From NCBI GenBank assembly GCA_009782315.1, contig WRJH01000002.1, forward strand, positions 1 through 48,555: a stretch of DNA of 48,555 bases. The letters are read 5' to 3'. The notes beneath the pieces are model-generated. The model ran no database searches, had not been told where the DNA came from, and saw only the letters and a program-made list of their open reading frames with translations. Of this stretch, positions 8,543 to 16,957 are shown in pieces; the stretch's first letter is position 1; every line of letters starts with the position of its first letter. The translations under genes and the position numbers were made by a program. The DNA is from Alphaproteobacteria bacterium. Lineage in GTDB: Bacteria > Pseudomonadota > Alphaproteobacteria > Rs-D84.

Positions 8543-8571
8543 ATTATATACCGAAATATATTCATATGCAA
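8543..8571 (-). promoter_or_regulatory. Near-consensus sigma70 promoter TTGCAT-17-TATAAT (minus strand)
   Basis: The plus strand shows ATTATA at 8543-8548 and ATGCAA at 8566-8571, with a 17-nt spacer. Confidence 0.55.
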
Positions 8572-8607
8572 GTTGTTAGTTGTTAGCTGTTAGTTCTTAG
8601 TTGTTAG
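8571..8607. repeat. 7-nt-period array (TTGTTAG family), right arm of distant inverted pair
   Basis: agttgttag ttgttag ctgttag ttcttag ttgttag. Confidence 0.8.
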
Positions 8608-8625
8608 TTTTTTAATCCTTGCCGC

Positions 8626-8654
8626 TTGCATATCGAAAATATACTGTTTATAAT
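8626..8654 (+). promoter_or_regulatory. Near-consensus sigma70 promoter TTGCAT-17-TATAAT for pnp
   Basis: TTGCAT 8626-8631, 17-nt spacer, TATAAT 8649-8654. It is about 105 nt upstream of the pnp start and divergent from the 8543-8571 promoter. Confidence 0.55.
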
Positions 8655-8761
8655 GCGTTTCGCACAAGGGGCGATTATTCTGTTTTATGCGAGATTTGCA
8701 TAGAATTGAATGATTATCTCTTTGTGTTAAATAACAACATTAAAACACAGGAGATACTATT

Positions 8762-10930
8762 ATGGTATTTGGTAAATTATTCAAAAAAGATGAAAAAACA
8801 ACATTAAACAACCCGGTTGCCGTATCCATGGAATGGGGCGGCGAAACATTGACCCTTGAAACCGGCCGCTTTGCCAAACAGGCGCACAGCGTTATGGCGA
8901 CAATGGGCCAGACGATGGTATTGGTGTCCGTGGTCGGCGAAAAGACCGCCGTCGAAGGGCAAGATTTCTTTCCCCTGACCGTCGATTACCAGGAAAAATT
9001 CGCGTCCGCCGGACGTATTCCGGGCTCCCGCGACCGCCGCGAAGGACGCACAACCACGGCCGAAACATTGACCGCGCGCCTGATTGACCGGCCCATCCGC
9101 CCGCTGTTTCCCGAAACTTTCAAAAACAAAGTTCAAATCACCGCGACCGTGTTTTCGTATGACAAGAAAAACAGCCCGGACATTCTGGCGATGGTTGCGT
9201 CGTCGGCCGCGCTGGCCATTTCCGGCATTCCGTTTTCGGGCCCCATCGGCGCCGCGCGCGTGGGATATGAAGATGGCAAATATATGCTGAACCCGGCCGT
9301 TCGCGAACGCGACAATCTGGAATTGGATATGGTCGTTGCGGGAACAAGCGAAGGCGTCCTTATGGTTGAATCGGAAATCGGCGAATTGGACGAAAAAACG
9401 ACGCTTGGCGCCGTTAAATTCGGCTTTGACGCGTTTCAGCCCGTCATCAAATTAATCCAGGAATTGAAAGAAAAAGCCGGCAAAGAACCGTGGGCTGCCG
9501 AAGAACACGCGCCGGAATACAAAGCCATGCAAAAGGATTTTGAACAATTCGCCGGCGAAACGGAATCCGCATTGGGCATATCCGAAAAGCTGTTGCGTCT
9601 GGATACCATCGCGCAAATCAGGGACAAGGCACTTTCCCGCATACCCGAACTGTTTCCGGAAACGACCGTATCTGCGACCACATTGAAATCATGGGGCGCG
9701 GAAATAATGGACAATCTGACCGGACGCATTATGCGCGGAAATATATTGGCCGGAAATCCCCGTATCGACGGCCGCGACAACAAGACCGTGCGTCCCATCG
9801 AATGCGAAGTCGGCATACTGCCGCGCGCGCATGGTTCCGCTTTGTTCACACGCGGCGAAACGCAGGGGCTGGTGACACTGACACTGGGCGGCGCGTCGGA
9901 CGCTTTGCCGATTGAAAGCATGGACGGCAAATCCGAAGAGCCGTTTATCATGAACTATAACTTCCCGGGATTCTCGGTTGGCGAAGCCAAAATGCTGCGC
10001 GGACCGGGTCGTCGCGAAATAGGGCACGGTAACCTGGCGCTGCGGGCACTGCGCCCCATGCTGCCGGCCAAGGACAAGTTTGATTACACAATCCGCATCG
10101 TATCCGACATATTGGAATCCAACGGCTCGTCATCTATGGCGACGGTATGCGGCGGAACGCTTGCCATGATGGACGGCGGTGTGCCGATGACCAAACCGGT
10201 CGCGGGTATTGCCATGGGTCTGATTAAAGAGGGCGCGCAATATGCGGTCTTGACCGACATATTGGGCGACGAAGACCATCTGGGCGACATGGATTTCAAA
10301 GTCGCAGGAACCAAAGACGGAATTACTTCGTTGCAGATGGATATCAAAATCACTTCCATAACGTTTGAAATCATGGAAAAGGCTTTGGCCCAGGCGAAAG
10401 ACGGACGCATACACATCCTTGACGTGATGTCGAAAGCCATAAAGGCGCCGCGCAAAGAATTGTCCGAATTCGCGCCCCAGGCGTTCGTGATGAAAATCCA
10501 TCCGGATAAAATCCGCGAAGTGATTGGAAAAGGCGGCAGCGTCATCAAATCCATCACCGCAGATACGAATACCGGTATCGACCTGGCCGACGACGGCACC
10601 GTTAAAATCATGTACACGGACGTCGCCGACCGCGACGCGGCCGTCGAACGAATCAAAGCCATAACGGCGGAACCCGAAGTCGGCGTGATATACGAAGGCG
10701 TGGTATCCGGCAAAAAGGATTTCGGGCTGTTCGTGAAAGTCATGAACGGAACGTTCGAATCCATGGTTCATATTTCCGAAATTACCGGCGAAAGACTGAA
10801 CACCATCGAAGACGCCAAATTGAAAGAGGGCGACAAGGTGTTCGTGAAATACTTAGGGTTGGACAAACGCGGCAAAACCCGCATGTCGATGGTTGGGATT
10901 GACCAGAAGACGGGTGTTGAAAAAAAATAA
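8762..10930 (+). CDS. pnp: Polyribonucleotide nucleotidyltransferase (PNPase)
   Basis: 722 aa, RBS AGGAG. Two RNase PH-like regions (WGGETLTLETGRFAKQA; RREIGHGNLA; GDMDFKVAGT), a KH region (IGKGGSVIKSI) and a C-terminal S1. Confidence 0.95.
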   Translation: MVFGKLFKKDEKTTLNNPVAVSMEWGGETLTLETGRFAKQAHSVMATMGQTMVLVSVVGEKTAVEGQDFFPLTVDYQEKFASAGRIPGSRDRREGRTTTAETLTARLIDRPIRPLFPETFKNKVQITATVFSYDKKNSPDILAMVASSAALAISGIPFSGPIGAARVGYEDGKYMLNPAVRERDNLELDMVVAGTSEGVLMVESEIGELDEKTTLGAVKFGFDAFQPVIKLIQELKEKAGKEPWAAEEHAPEYKAMQKDFEQFAGETESALGISEKLLRLDTIAQIRDKALSRIPELFPETTVSATTLKSWGAEIMDNLTGRIMRGNILAGNPRIDGRDNKTVRPIECEVGILPRAHGSALFTRGETQGLVTLTLGGASDALPIESMDGKSEEPFIMNYNFPGFSVGEAKMLRGPGRREIGHGNLALRALRPMLPAKDKFDYTIRIVSDILESNGSSSMATVCGGTLAMMDGGVPMTKPVAGIAMGLIKEGAQYAVLTDILGDEDHLGDMDFKVAGTKDGITSLQMDIKITSITFEIMEKALAQAKDGRIHILDVMSKAIKAPRKELSEFAPQAFVMKIHPDKIREVIGKGGSVIKSITADTNTGIDLADDGTVKIMYTDVADRDAAVERIKAITAEPEVGVIYEGVVSGKKDFGLFVKVMNGTFESMVHISEITGERLNTIEDAKLKEGDKVFVKYLGLDKRGKTRMSMVGIDQKTGVEKK

Positions 10931-10966
10931 AGGCACTGGGCACTAGTAACTAGTGCCTAGTCCCTG
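10931..10966. repeat. Palindromic 7-nt-period array (GGCACTA family) downstream of pnp
   Basis: aggcact gggcact agtaact agtgcct agtccct, self-complementary around ACTAGT. Confidence 0.7.
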
Positions 10967-10990
10967 TGAAGCGACCGAAAGGAGCAAGCG

Positions 10991-11290
10991 ATGGACATGA
11001 AAGCATTGATGGAGCAGGCAAAGGGTCTGCAAGCGAAAGTCGCCGCGGCCCAGGAATCGTTGGGCCAGACGACGGTAAAGGGCATCGCCGCGGGTGGGCT
11101 GGCCATTGTCGAAATGTCCGGCAAATACGACCTGGTCAAACTGACTTTGTCGCCGGATTTGATGAAAGAGGACGTCGACACCGCGACCGGAATCATCGCC
11201 GCGGCGTTCGGCGACGCAAAAGCCAAGGCCGACGCGACGATAGACAAGGTAATGTCGGCGGCCACCGCCGGAATGCCGATGCCAAATTAA
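10991..11290 (+). CDS. ybaB: Nucleoid-associated protein YbaB/EbfC
   Basis: 99 aa, RBS GAAAGGAG. M..LM.QA..LQ.K....Q..L......G.AGGG.V.V...G......L.I.P.L...D.. is the typical YbaB pattern. Confidence 0.85.
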   Translation: MDMKALMEQAKGLQAKVAAAQESLGQTTVKGIAAGGLAIVEMSGKYDLVKLTLSPDLMKEDVDTATGIIAAAFGDAKAKADATIDKVMSAATAGMPMPN

Positions 11291-11385
11291 ATCTAATAAC
11301 GCATCTGCTTGCGATTTGCTTTGGTCATGTATATCAAATACACTCCCGCCGCAAATCGCAGCGCATCTGCATCATTATCTTTAAT

Positions 11386-11413
11386 TTGATTTTTTCCGTA
11401 TACTTGATAATAT
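11386..11413 (+). promoter_or_regulatory. Candidate promoter TTGATT-16-TAATAT for the tRNA-Val locus
   Basis: TTGATT 11386-11391, TAATAT 11408-11413. The disrupted tRNA copy starts 10 nt downstream. Confidence 0.4.
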
Positions 11414-11423
11414 GCATCAGTTC

Positions 11424-11600
11424 GGGTGATTAGCTCAGTTGGTAGAGCGTCTGGTTTACATCCAGCAGGTCGGCGGTTCGCCCGTCTCGCAAATTTACGC
11501 AAAGCGTAAATTTGTGCGAGCCGAGGTTGAAAACCACGGCGAACACGAGACGGAGCGCCACGGCGCAGCGAAGCGGAGACGGGCGAGCCGAAATTTTATA
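11424..11600 (+). pseudogene. Disrupted tRNA-Val-like copy directly upstream of intact tRNA-Val
   Basis: 11424-11480 is identical to the intact gene through the T-loop TTCG, except for acceptor bases 3-4 (GGGTGAT vs GGACGAT). A 105-nt insert follows (11481-11585), bounded by inverted repeats CCCGTCTC/GAGACGGG. Then comes AGCC and no 3' acceptor strand. Confidence 0.6.
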
Positions 11601-11676
11601 GGACGATTAGCTCAGTTGGTAGAGCGTCTGGTTTACATCCAGCAGGTCGGCGGTTCGAGCCCGTCATCGTCCACCA
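11601..11676 (+). tRNA. tRNA-Val (anticodon TAC)
   Basis: GGACGATTAGCTCAGTTGGTAGAGCGTCTGGTTTACATCCAGCAGGTCGGCGGTTCGAGCCCGTCATCGTCCACCA. Acceptor GGACGAT/ATCGTCC, anticodon loop TTTACAT, encoded CCA. Confidence 0.9.
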
Positions 11677-11683
11677 AAAATCA

Positions 11684-11710
11684 AACGGCCCCTGCGGCCG
11701 TTTTATTTTT
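11684..11710 (+). terminator. Intrinsic terminator after tRNA-Val
   Basis: AACGGCC-CCTG-CGGCCGTT followed by TTATTTTT. Confidence 0.7.
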
Positions 11711-11741
11711 GGTTTATTATTATCGTTATAATGGACAAATT

Positions 11742-12164
11742 CTAGTCAAACTCGCCGGGAATGATTTCGCCGCTTTCCGTAACCGTGAAATACGGATCGC
11801 CCAGTTTCAAAATCTCGTCTTTTGAATATGTATGCGTCAATTTACACGGTGTCGGCGTGTCGGACGGGCCCCATTCTCCGTTGCCCAAATGTTTATTTTT
11901 GTAATGAAACCACTGTTTGCCATTGTTCCAAAATGCGCCGCTGTGATCGCCTTCGTATCTGGCGCCGCGTTCCGACGCGACCCTTTCGTAATCAAGCGTA
12001 AAGCCCGCGCCGCCCGCCGCGCTTGCCCAAGAATCCGTATAAACAAAAATATATTCATGCTCACCGCATGCCAAATCAACCGCCTTTACCGGAAAATCAT
12101 TGTGCGCGCCGCCGCCCGAGCAAGCGCACAGAAACACCGCCAAAAGCAACACATGTTTTTTCAT
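11742..12164 (-). CDS. Lipoprotein, possibly MliC-family lysozyme inhibitor
   Basis: 140 aa with lipobox LAVFLCAC-S. ACGEHEYIFVY..ASERGARYEGD..GAFWNNGKQ..C resembles the remembered MliC pattern (Y.C.., SGARY, FW.KG, C). Confidence 0.5.
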   Translation of the reverse strand: MKKHVLLLAVFLCACSGGGAHNDFPVKAVDLACGEHEYIFVYTDSWASAAGGAGFTLDYERVASERGARYEGDHSGAFWNNGKQWFHYKNKHLGNGEWGPSDTPTPCKLTHTYSKDEILKLGDPYFTVTESGEIIPGEFD

Positions 12165-12239
12165 TCGACACCCTTTTATGGATTCAGTATATCAGATTTT
12201 TATTTGAAACTCTTTATTTTATTCGCTAAACTGCGCCTG

Positions 12240-13175
12240 ATGAAACAACTCTCTATTCTTTCCAGATACGATGCCGCCGCCCCGGCGTTGGAATTGCTGA
12301 AAACCCCGAATTCGCCGCGGCGAAACGGACTGATTGAATTGTATCAGACCGGTCTGCCGTCAAATAATGCGGTTCTGTTTGAACATTCGGACAGTCCGGG
12401 TCTGGTGCGGGAAAAGATAGAAAATTTTTGCCGCGCCGAAATCTCCATGAAAAGCATAGTGGCGACGGTGCGGTATGACGGCGGTCCGGGCGGCAACGGC
12501 AAATCTTCCGGCGTGTCGCATAAACTGAACAATCCGGATGCAATGGAAAAGGAAGTGTCGTCCGGTCTTTCCGACGGCTTTCTGCCCATGCTGGCCGGAT
12601 TTGCGAACAATCACCGCGCCGAAACGCAGGCCGCCGCGTGCGTCCGGGTTATCGGAAAAAACCAGATTTCGATAGAAATGCTGGGGCCGGGATACAACGC
12701 TTCCGTCCTTACCAAAGGACAGGTGCCGCCCGCATTGCGGTTGGATATGAAACCTAACTCCCCCGATATAACCGACCTGGCAAAGAACGCAAGTCCGGAA
12801 CATTTGATTCTGCGTTTTTATGTGTATAACGAGGCGGCGCTGCTGTCCCCGGAAGTTCTTGCCGCCACGCGCGCCGAACGCGCCCTGATACTGCTGGGGC
12901 TGTTGGCCAAAATGAATAAAAGAAGCCCGGAAGAAGAAGAGGCGTGGTTGCGCGACAACGGCTTTGCGGATTTTATCGACAAAAACCTGGTTGTTTCCAT
13001 GTCGGATATAACGACGATTTTTGGATTTGCCGCCAGGCTTCGGACTTACTTGGACACCGGCGGCAAGCGGCCGCAAGAAATATTTGCTTTCAGCACGCTT
13101 AAGCTGCCGCATGGCAAATGGGCGCTGGACAACCTGTACGGTCCGGATAAATTTATCGCGCAAAAGCAGAGATAG
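12240..13175 (+). CDS. Hypothetical protein (311 aa), no recognised domain
   Basis: Internal ATG 12240 of ORF 11832-13175. The upstream part of that ORF overlaps the lipoprotein gene on the other strand. No signal peptide. Confidence 0.5.
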   Translation: MKQLSILSRYDAAAPALELLKTPNSPRRNGLIELYQTGLPSNNAVLFEHSDSPGLVREKIENFCRAEISMKSIVATVRYDGGPGGNGKSSGVSHKLNNPDAMEKEVSSGLSDGFLPMLAGFANNHRAETQAAACVRVIGKNQISIEMLGPGYNASVLTKGQVPPALRLDMKPNSPDITDLAKNASPEHLILRFYVYNEAALLSPEVLAATRAERALILLGLLAKMNKRSPEEEEAWLRDNGFADFIDKNLVVSMSDITTIFGFAARLRTYLDTGGKRPQEIFAFSTLKLPHGKWALDNLYGPDKFIAQKQR

Positions 13176-13208
13176 GTTTGTTTAATTTGAAATAGTAGAT
13201 GCAAAAGC

Positions 13209-14366
13209 CTATTGGTTTGTTTCAAACAAATCAAGATAGTCCTTGTAAACCCATTTTTGTCCATAGACCGAATCACCTAATTTTATTGGATATAATATCC
13301 CCATACCAACCATACGCTCTATCAATTTATAGGCGCCTTTCGGTGTCATCCGCGTCCATTTGATGATGTCGGCAATCCCGGCTATTGGAACGCCGTATAG
13401 TTTTTCAAGCACCGTCATTGTGGATGCGGCTGATGTTTTGCCCAGCTTTGCTATCTTTGCAATATCGCGTTCGTGCAAGCTTGTTATTCCAGCGCAAGTT
13501 TGTATTGCAGACCCTGCGGTTTGTACAACACCTTCCAAGAAAAAATCCAACCATTCTTCAACTTTGCCTTCGTGGTAACCATCTAATTTTTCATAGTACA
13601 ATTTCTTGTGTTTGTTGAAAAACGATGACAAATACAATACTGGCATATTCAGTAGTTTGTTTTGCCACAAGAACATGGTTATAAGCATGCGTCCGGTACG
13701 TCCGTTTCCATCATTGAACGGATGGATTGTTTCAAATTGTGCGTGCAATAATCCCGCTTTGACCAAAGGTTGGTATTCATTGCTGTAATGAACAAATTTT
13801 TCTAAATCGCCAAGCGCCGGGATTACCTCTGTCGGTGGCGGTGGAACGAATTGCGCGTCTTCCGGTTTAGTGCCGGCAATCCAATTTTGCGATTTTCTGA
13901 ATTCACCGGGATACGCATGCTGGGTCGCGCGCGCGCCAATCATTAACTCTTTATGTAGCTCGCAAACAAATCGTAAAGAAAACGGGAATTCTTTCGCGCG
14001 TTTCAGACCATAATTAAGGGCGTCTATATAATATACGATATCGTTGACATCCGCCGGGATATTTGAACCAGGTTCTTCGTTTTCATGTTCAATCGCATCC
14101 ATCATTGTAGCATTTGTGCCTTCTATGTTGCTTGACGACGAAGCGTCTTTCAAAACGAACATCTTCAAAAAACAGTCCTTGTCCGGCAGACGTTCGGTAA
14201 TACCGTCCAGTTTGCCGATAACATGAATCGCGGCGGTGTGTTTCAGTTGCAACGCGTTACTGAACTCGAATGGCACATGCGGTGGAAAAGGACGCGGAAT
14301 AAATGCGTTGTATCCATGGGGTTGACGGACGTAATCGCCAATGATAATTTTGTCTTTTTTTGACAT
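13209..14366 (-). CDS. Fic-family protein (putative AMPylase), class II with N-terminal inhibitory motif and C-terminal wHTH-like region
   Basis: 385 aa. Fic motif HPFNDGNGRTGR; upstream S-SNI-EG fits the [ST]xxxE[GN] inhibitory helix; Fic_N-like YNAFIPRPFPP. The gene is visibly AT-richer than its neighbours. Confidence 0.85.
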   Translation of the reverse strand: MSKKDKIIIGDYVRQPHGYNAFIPRPFPPHVPFEFSNALQLKHTAAIHVIGKLDGITERLPDKDCFLKMFVLKDASSSSNIEGTNATMMDAIEHENEEPGSNIPADVNDIVYYIDALNYGLKRAKEFPFSLRFVCELHKELMIGARATQHAYPGEFRKSQNWIAGTKPEDAQFVPPPPTEVIPALGDLEKFVHYSNEYQPLVKAGLLHAQFETIHPFNDGNGRTGRMLITMFLWQNKLLNMPVLYLSSFFNKHKKLYYEKLDGYHEGKVEEWLDFFLEGVVQTAGSAIQTCAGITSLHERDIAKIAKLGKTSAASTMTVLEKLYGVPIAGIADIIKWTRMTPKGAYKLIERMVGMGILYPIKLGDSVYGQKWVYKDYLDLFETNQ

Positions 14367-14396
14367 TTTTCGACCTCTTTATATTAACAGTACTAT

Positions 14397-14471
14397 AAAC
14401 AGTTCATAATTTCAAGTATAAAGTGAACTGTTTTATGTAAATTGTTCATATTTGTATTACAAAAGTGAACT
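14397..14471. promoter_or_regulatory. Operator-like inverted repeats (TGAAC half-sites) upstream of fic
   Basis: AAACAGTTCA (14397-14406) and TGAACTGTTT (14424-14433) form a perfect 10-bp inverted repeat. Further half-sites are ATTGTTCA (about 14441) and GTGAACTA (about 14464). Confidence 0.4.
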
Positions 14472-14513
14472 ATTTTTCTGGAAATTTGTGGTATTGGTTG
14501 CTAGTCTTTAACA

Positions 14514-14867
14514 ATGCATACAAAAACTTTGAATTTTGGAAGGTTTAAGGACTGGTTCGTGCGGAATATATCCGGTGACGATATCCTGTATATAAAATCA
14601 ACCGATGCCGAAAGCTGGCCTTTTTTCGCCCCGTCCGACAATTATTCCGGCATATCCGTTACAAATGAAGAATATTCCATCGAAAACCGGGCCGTGTTGG
14701 TTTGTGTAAACGAAAGGGTTTATATAAAAGGCCCGACGGATACGATTCAATGCCAATCGGGTTTTTTGACGGATAAGTCGGAAAATCTGACGTTCAAATT
14801 CACGCCGGAACAGGCCCGGCAGATGGTGGGTCTGATGTCTTTTCTGGTGGAACAAACAGAACGGTAA
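14514..14867 (+). CDS. Hypothetical protein (117 aa)
   Basis: ORF divergent from fic, AT-richer, with no recognised motif. Confidence 0.4.
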   Translation: MHTKTLNFGRFKDWFVRNISGDDILYIKSTDAESWPFFAPSDNYSGISVTNEEYSIENRAVLVCVNERVYIKGPTDTIQCQSGFLTDKSENLTFKFTPEQARQMVGLMSFLVEQTER

Positions 14868-14928
14868 GGCAATTTATTCTTGAAAACCGCCATATTCCGT
14901 GCTAGATTTTGTGCAAAAGGCGGACACA

Positions 14929-15783
14929 ATGAAAAACTATTACATCGACGTCGGCAGCAGCACCGTAAAGACCTATTGCGAAGAAAAAGGAAAGCTGGAT
15001 TTAATCGACGAAAAATCCATTCTGTTCAAAAACGGATTTACCCCGGAATTGGGCGTAGACGATGAAAACGTCCAGCTTATGCTGCGCCATCTTTTGTCTT
15101 TGGACATTCCCCCGGCAAAAACTTTCGCGACCGGAATCTGGCGCGAAATTCCCGCGGCCCAGGCCGAATATCTGGATTCCGTATTTGCGCCCATGGGTTT
15201 TAATATAATTTCGCACGAACAAGAGGCCGAATATCTGAAACGCGCGGCCGATTTGGATTTTGGCGGCAAAAAGGTCATGATTATAAATATGGGCGGCAAG
15301 ACGACGGAAATCGTTTCGCGCAAAGGCGATACGGCGGAAATAAAAACCATAAAAGTCGGCGTTGCGGACTTGCTTAACGCGTTCCCCGAACAAAACGAAG
15401 AAATTTCGGCCGCAAAACTGGAAGACATGGAAAAATTCGTCGACGAAAAACTGGCCGATGAAGTATTCGACACGGATTATGATTTCGCGATTTTAACCGG
15501 GGAACTGCGGTTCCAGAAACTGACCGATTATCCGCATTCAAAGAACAAATCCTTTAAGGATGCCAATCATCCGGTGCAACAATCGCTTTCCGACTTTATT
15601 CGCGGGACGGAACATATATTTTACGAATTGACGTACACCCAGCTGCGCGAACTGATGCCCAAAAATCCCAATTGGATGAGCGGCGCGCGCGCCGGCGCCG
15701 TTCTGCCCCTGGCAGTATTCCGCCGCGCGAATATCGATTGCATAGTGCCCAGCGATTTGAATCTGATAAATGGCGTAATATAA
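14929..15783 (+). CDS. ASKHA-fold protein, Ppx/GppA-phosphatase-like
   Basis: Internal ATG 14929 of ORF 14899-15783. YYIDVGSSTVK (phosphate-1-like), ISHEQEAEYLKRA, IINMGGKTTEIV (phosphate-2-like). Confidence 0.5.
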   Translation: MKNYYIDVGSSTVKTYCEEKGKLDLIDEKSILFKNGFTPELGVDDENVQLMLRHLLSLDIPPAKTFATGIWREIPAAQAEYLDSVFAPMGFNIISHEQEAEYLKRAADLDFGGKKVMIINMGGKTTEIVSRKGDTAEIKTIKVGVADLLNAFPEQNEEISAAKLEDMEKFVDEKLADEVFDTDYDFAILTGELRFQKLTDYPHSKNKSFKDANHPVQQSLSDFIRGTEHIFYELTYTQLRELMPKNPNWMSGARAGAVLPLAVFRRANIDCIVPSDLNLINGVI

Positions 15784-15785
15784 AA

Positions 15786-15810
15786 CCCGGCATTGCCGGG
15801 ATTTATTTTT
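15786..15810. terminator. Bidirectional terminator between the ASKHA gene and rlmN
   Basis: CCCGGC-ATT-GCCGGG followed by ATTTATTTTT. Confidence 0.65.
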
Positions 15811-16876
15811 GGCCAAGGCGCAATTGACCGCATGCGGAACCGATATCCGCGCCGCGCGTCCGCCGGATGCGCGTATGAATTCCATTTTCTTTCAATATAT
15901 CTTGGAACCTGTGCACCGCATTGTTTGACGGCGCGGCGAATTCCCCCCTTTCCGCAACCGCATTCCATGGGATTAGATTTACCATAACATTCTTGTCTTT
16001 TAACAGCGCGGAAAGTTCGGCGGCTTGTTCCGGCGAATCGTTCGTGCCGGCCAATAATATATATTCAATCATCAACTGGCGGCCGGTTTTATCGCTGTGC
16101 GCGAATGCCGCGTCCAGAACGTCAGTAATCGGATAGCGATTGTTGACAGGCATCAGGCGTCCGCGTAATTCGTCGTTTGGCGCGTGCAACGAAATCGCCA
16201 GATTCACCGGCCGGCCCCATTCGATTAATTCATTAATTCCGGGAACAATGCCGCAAGTCGATACCGTCATGCGGCGCCATGAAATGCCAAGCTTTTCATT
16301 CGCCGTTTCCAAAAATCCGCGCAGGGCTCCTGTATTCTGCAAAGGTTCGCCCGTGCCCATAACCACAATATGCGACACGTCGCCATTAGGACGTGAAGCG
16401 TAAGGCGTAAGGCGTGAAGCGTGAAGTGTCCATTGCGCAACCAATACTTGGGAAATCATTTCGTTTGATGTCAGGTTTCTTTTCAGGCCCAGCAACGTCG
16501 ATGCGCAGAATTTACAGCCCATTGCGCACCCGGCCTGGGACGATACGCACACGCTGTTGCCGTAACTGGTGCGCATAAGGACGGTTTCGATAATATCGTG
16601 TTCGTGATTCGTGTTCGTGGTTCGCAACAGGAATTTAGTTGTCTGGCCGTCGGCCGATTCCAACTTTTGTTCAATAGTGCAGGGCAGGGTTTGCGCAAGT
16701 CCATCCAAGTCGCCCCGCAGATTTTCGGGCAGGTTTTTCATAACCGAAAAATCAGGCGCGCCGCGCCAAAGCCATTCCAGAATTTGTTTCGCCCGGAATT
16801 TCGGCTGGCCCATGCCGACGACAAACTGTTCCAGTTCAGGCAGAGTCATGTTAAAGAGAATTGGCTTGGTTGTCAT
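15803..16876 (-). CDS. rlmN: 23S rRNA/tRNA adenine-C2 methyltransferase RlmN (radical SAM)
   Basis: 357 aa. FRAKQILEWL; radical SAM cluster motif GCAMGCKFCAS; VVMGTGEPL; IPWN. It contains an in-frame heptamer array at 16392-16428. Confidence 0.9.
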   Translation of the reverse strand: MTTKPILFNMTLPELEQFVVGMGQPKFRAKQILEWLWRGAPDFSVMKNLPENLRGDLDGLAQTLPCTIEQKLESADGQTTKFLLRTTNTNHEHDIIETVLMRTSYGNSVCVSSQAGCAMGCKFCASTLLGLKRNLTSNEMISQVLVAQWTLHASRLTPYASRPNGDVSHIVVMGTGEPLQNTGALRGFLETANEKLGISWRRMTVSTCGIVPGINELIEWGRPVNLAISLHAPNDELRGRLMPVNNRYPITDVLDAAFAHSDKTGRQLMIEYILLAGTNDSPEQAAELSALLKDKNVMVNLIPWNAVAERGEFAAPSNNAVHRFQDILKENGIHTRIRRTRGADIGSACGQLRLGQK

Positions 16877-16957
16877 AATAGGTAATAGGTATTAGGTAAT
16901 AGGTATTAGGTATTAGGTAACATACTTCATACCTATTACCTAATACCTAATACCTAA
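16877..16957. repeat. Inverted pair of 7-nt-period arrays (GGTAATA/GGTATTA) between rlmN and surA-like
   Basis: aggtaat aggtatt aggtaat aggtatt aggtatt aggtaa ..catacttcat.. acctatt acctaat acctaat acc. Confidence 0.85.

Noticed and set aside
8619-8807. 62-aa ORF upstream of and overlapping the pnp start
   Set aside because: It lies in the AT-rich pnp 5' UTR downstream of the predicted promoter, and it has no RBS. PNPase leaders are known to be structured regulatory regions.
11832-12239. N-terminal 136 codons of ORF 11832-13175
   Set aside because: This part overlaps the lipobox-bearing lipoprotein gene on the opposite strand. An internal ATG at 12240, just past that gene, gives a non-overlapping 311-aa product.
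11424-15800. Integrated prophage or genomic island with att sites at tRNA-Val
   Set aside because: There are no integrase or phage genes. The duplicated tRNA segment is the 5' part and lies upstream, and I found no direct repeat of the tRNA 3' end at the far side of the islet.
16877-16957. Heptamer arrays as a possible CRISPR array
   Set aside because: The period is 7 nt with no spacers, the arrays are 20-45 nt long, there are no cas genes, and the arms are reverse complements of each other.
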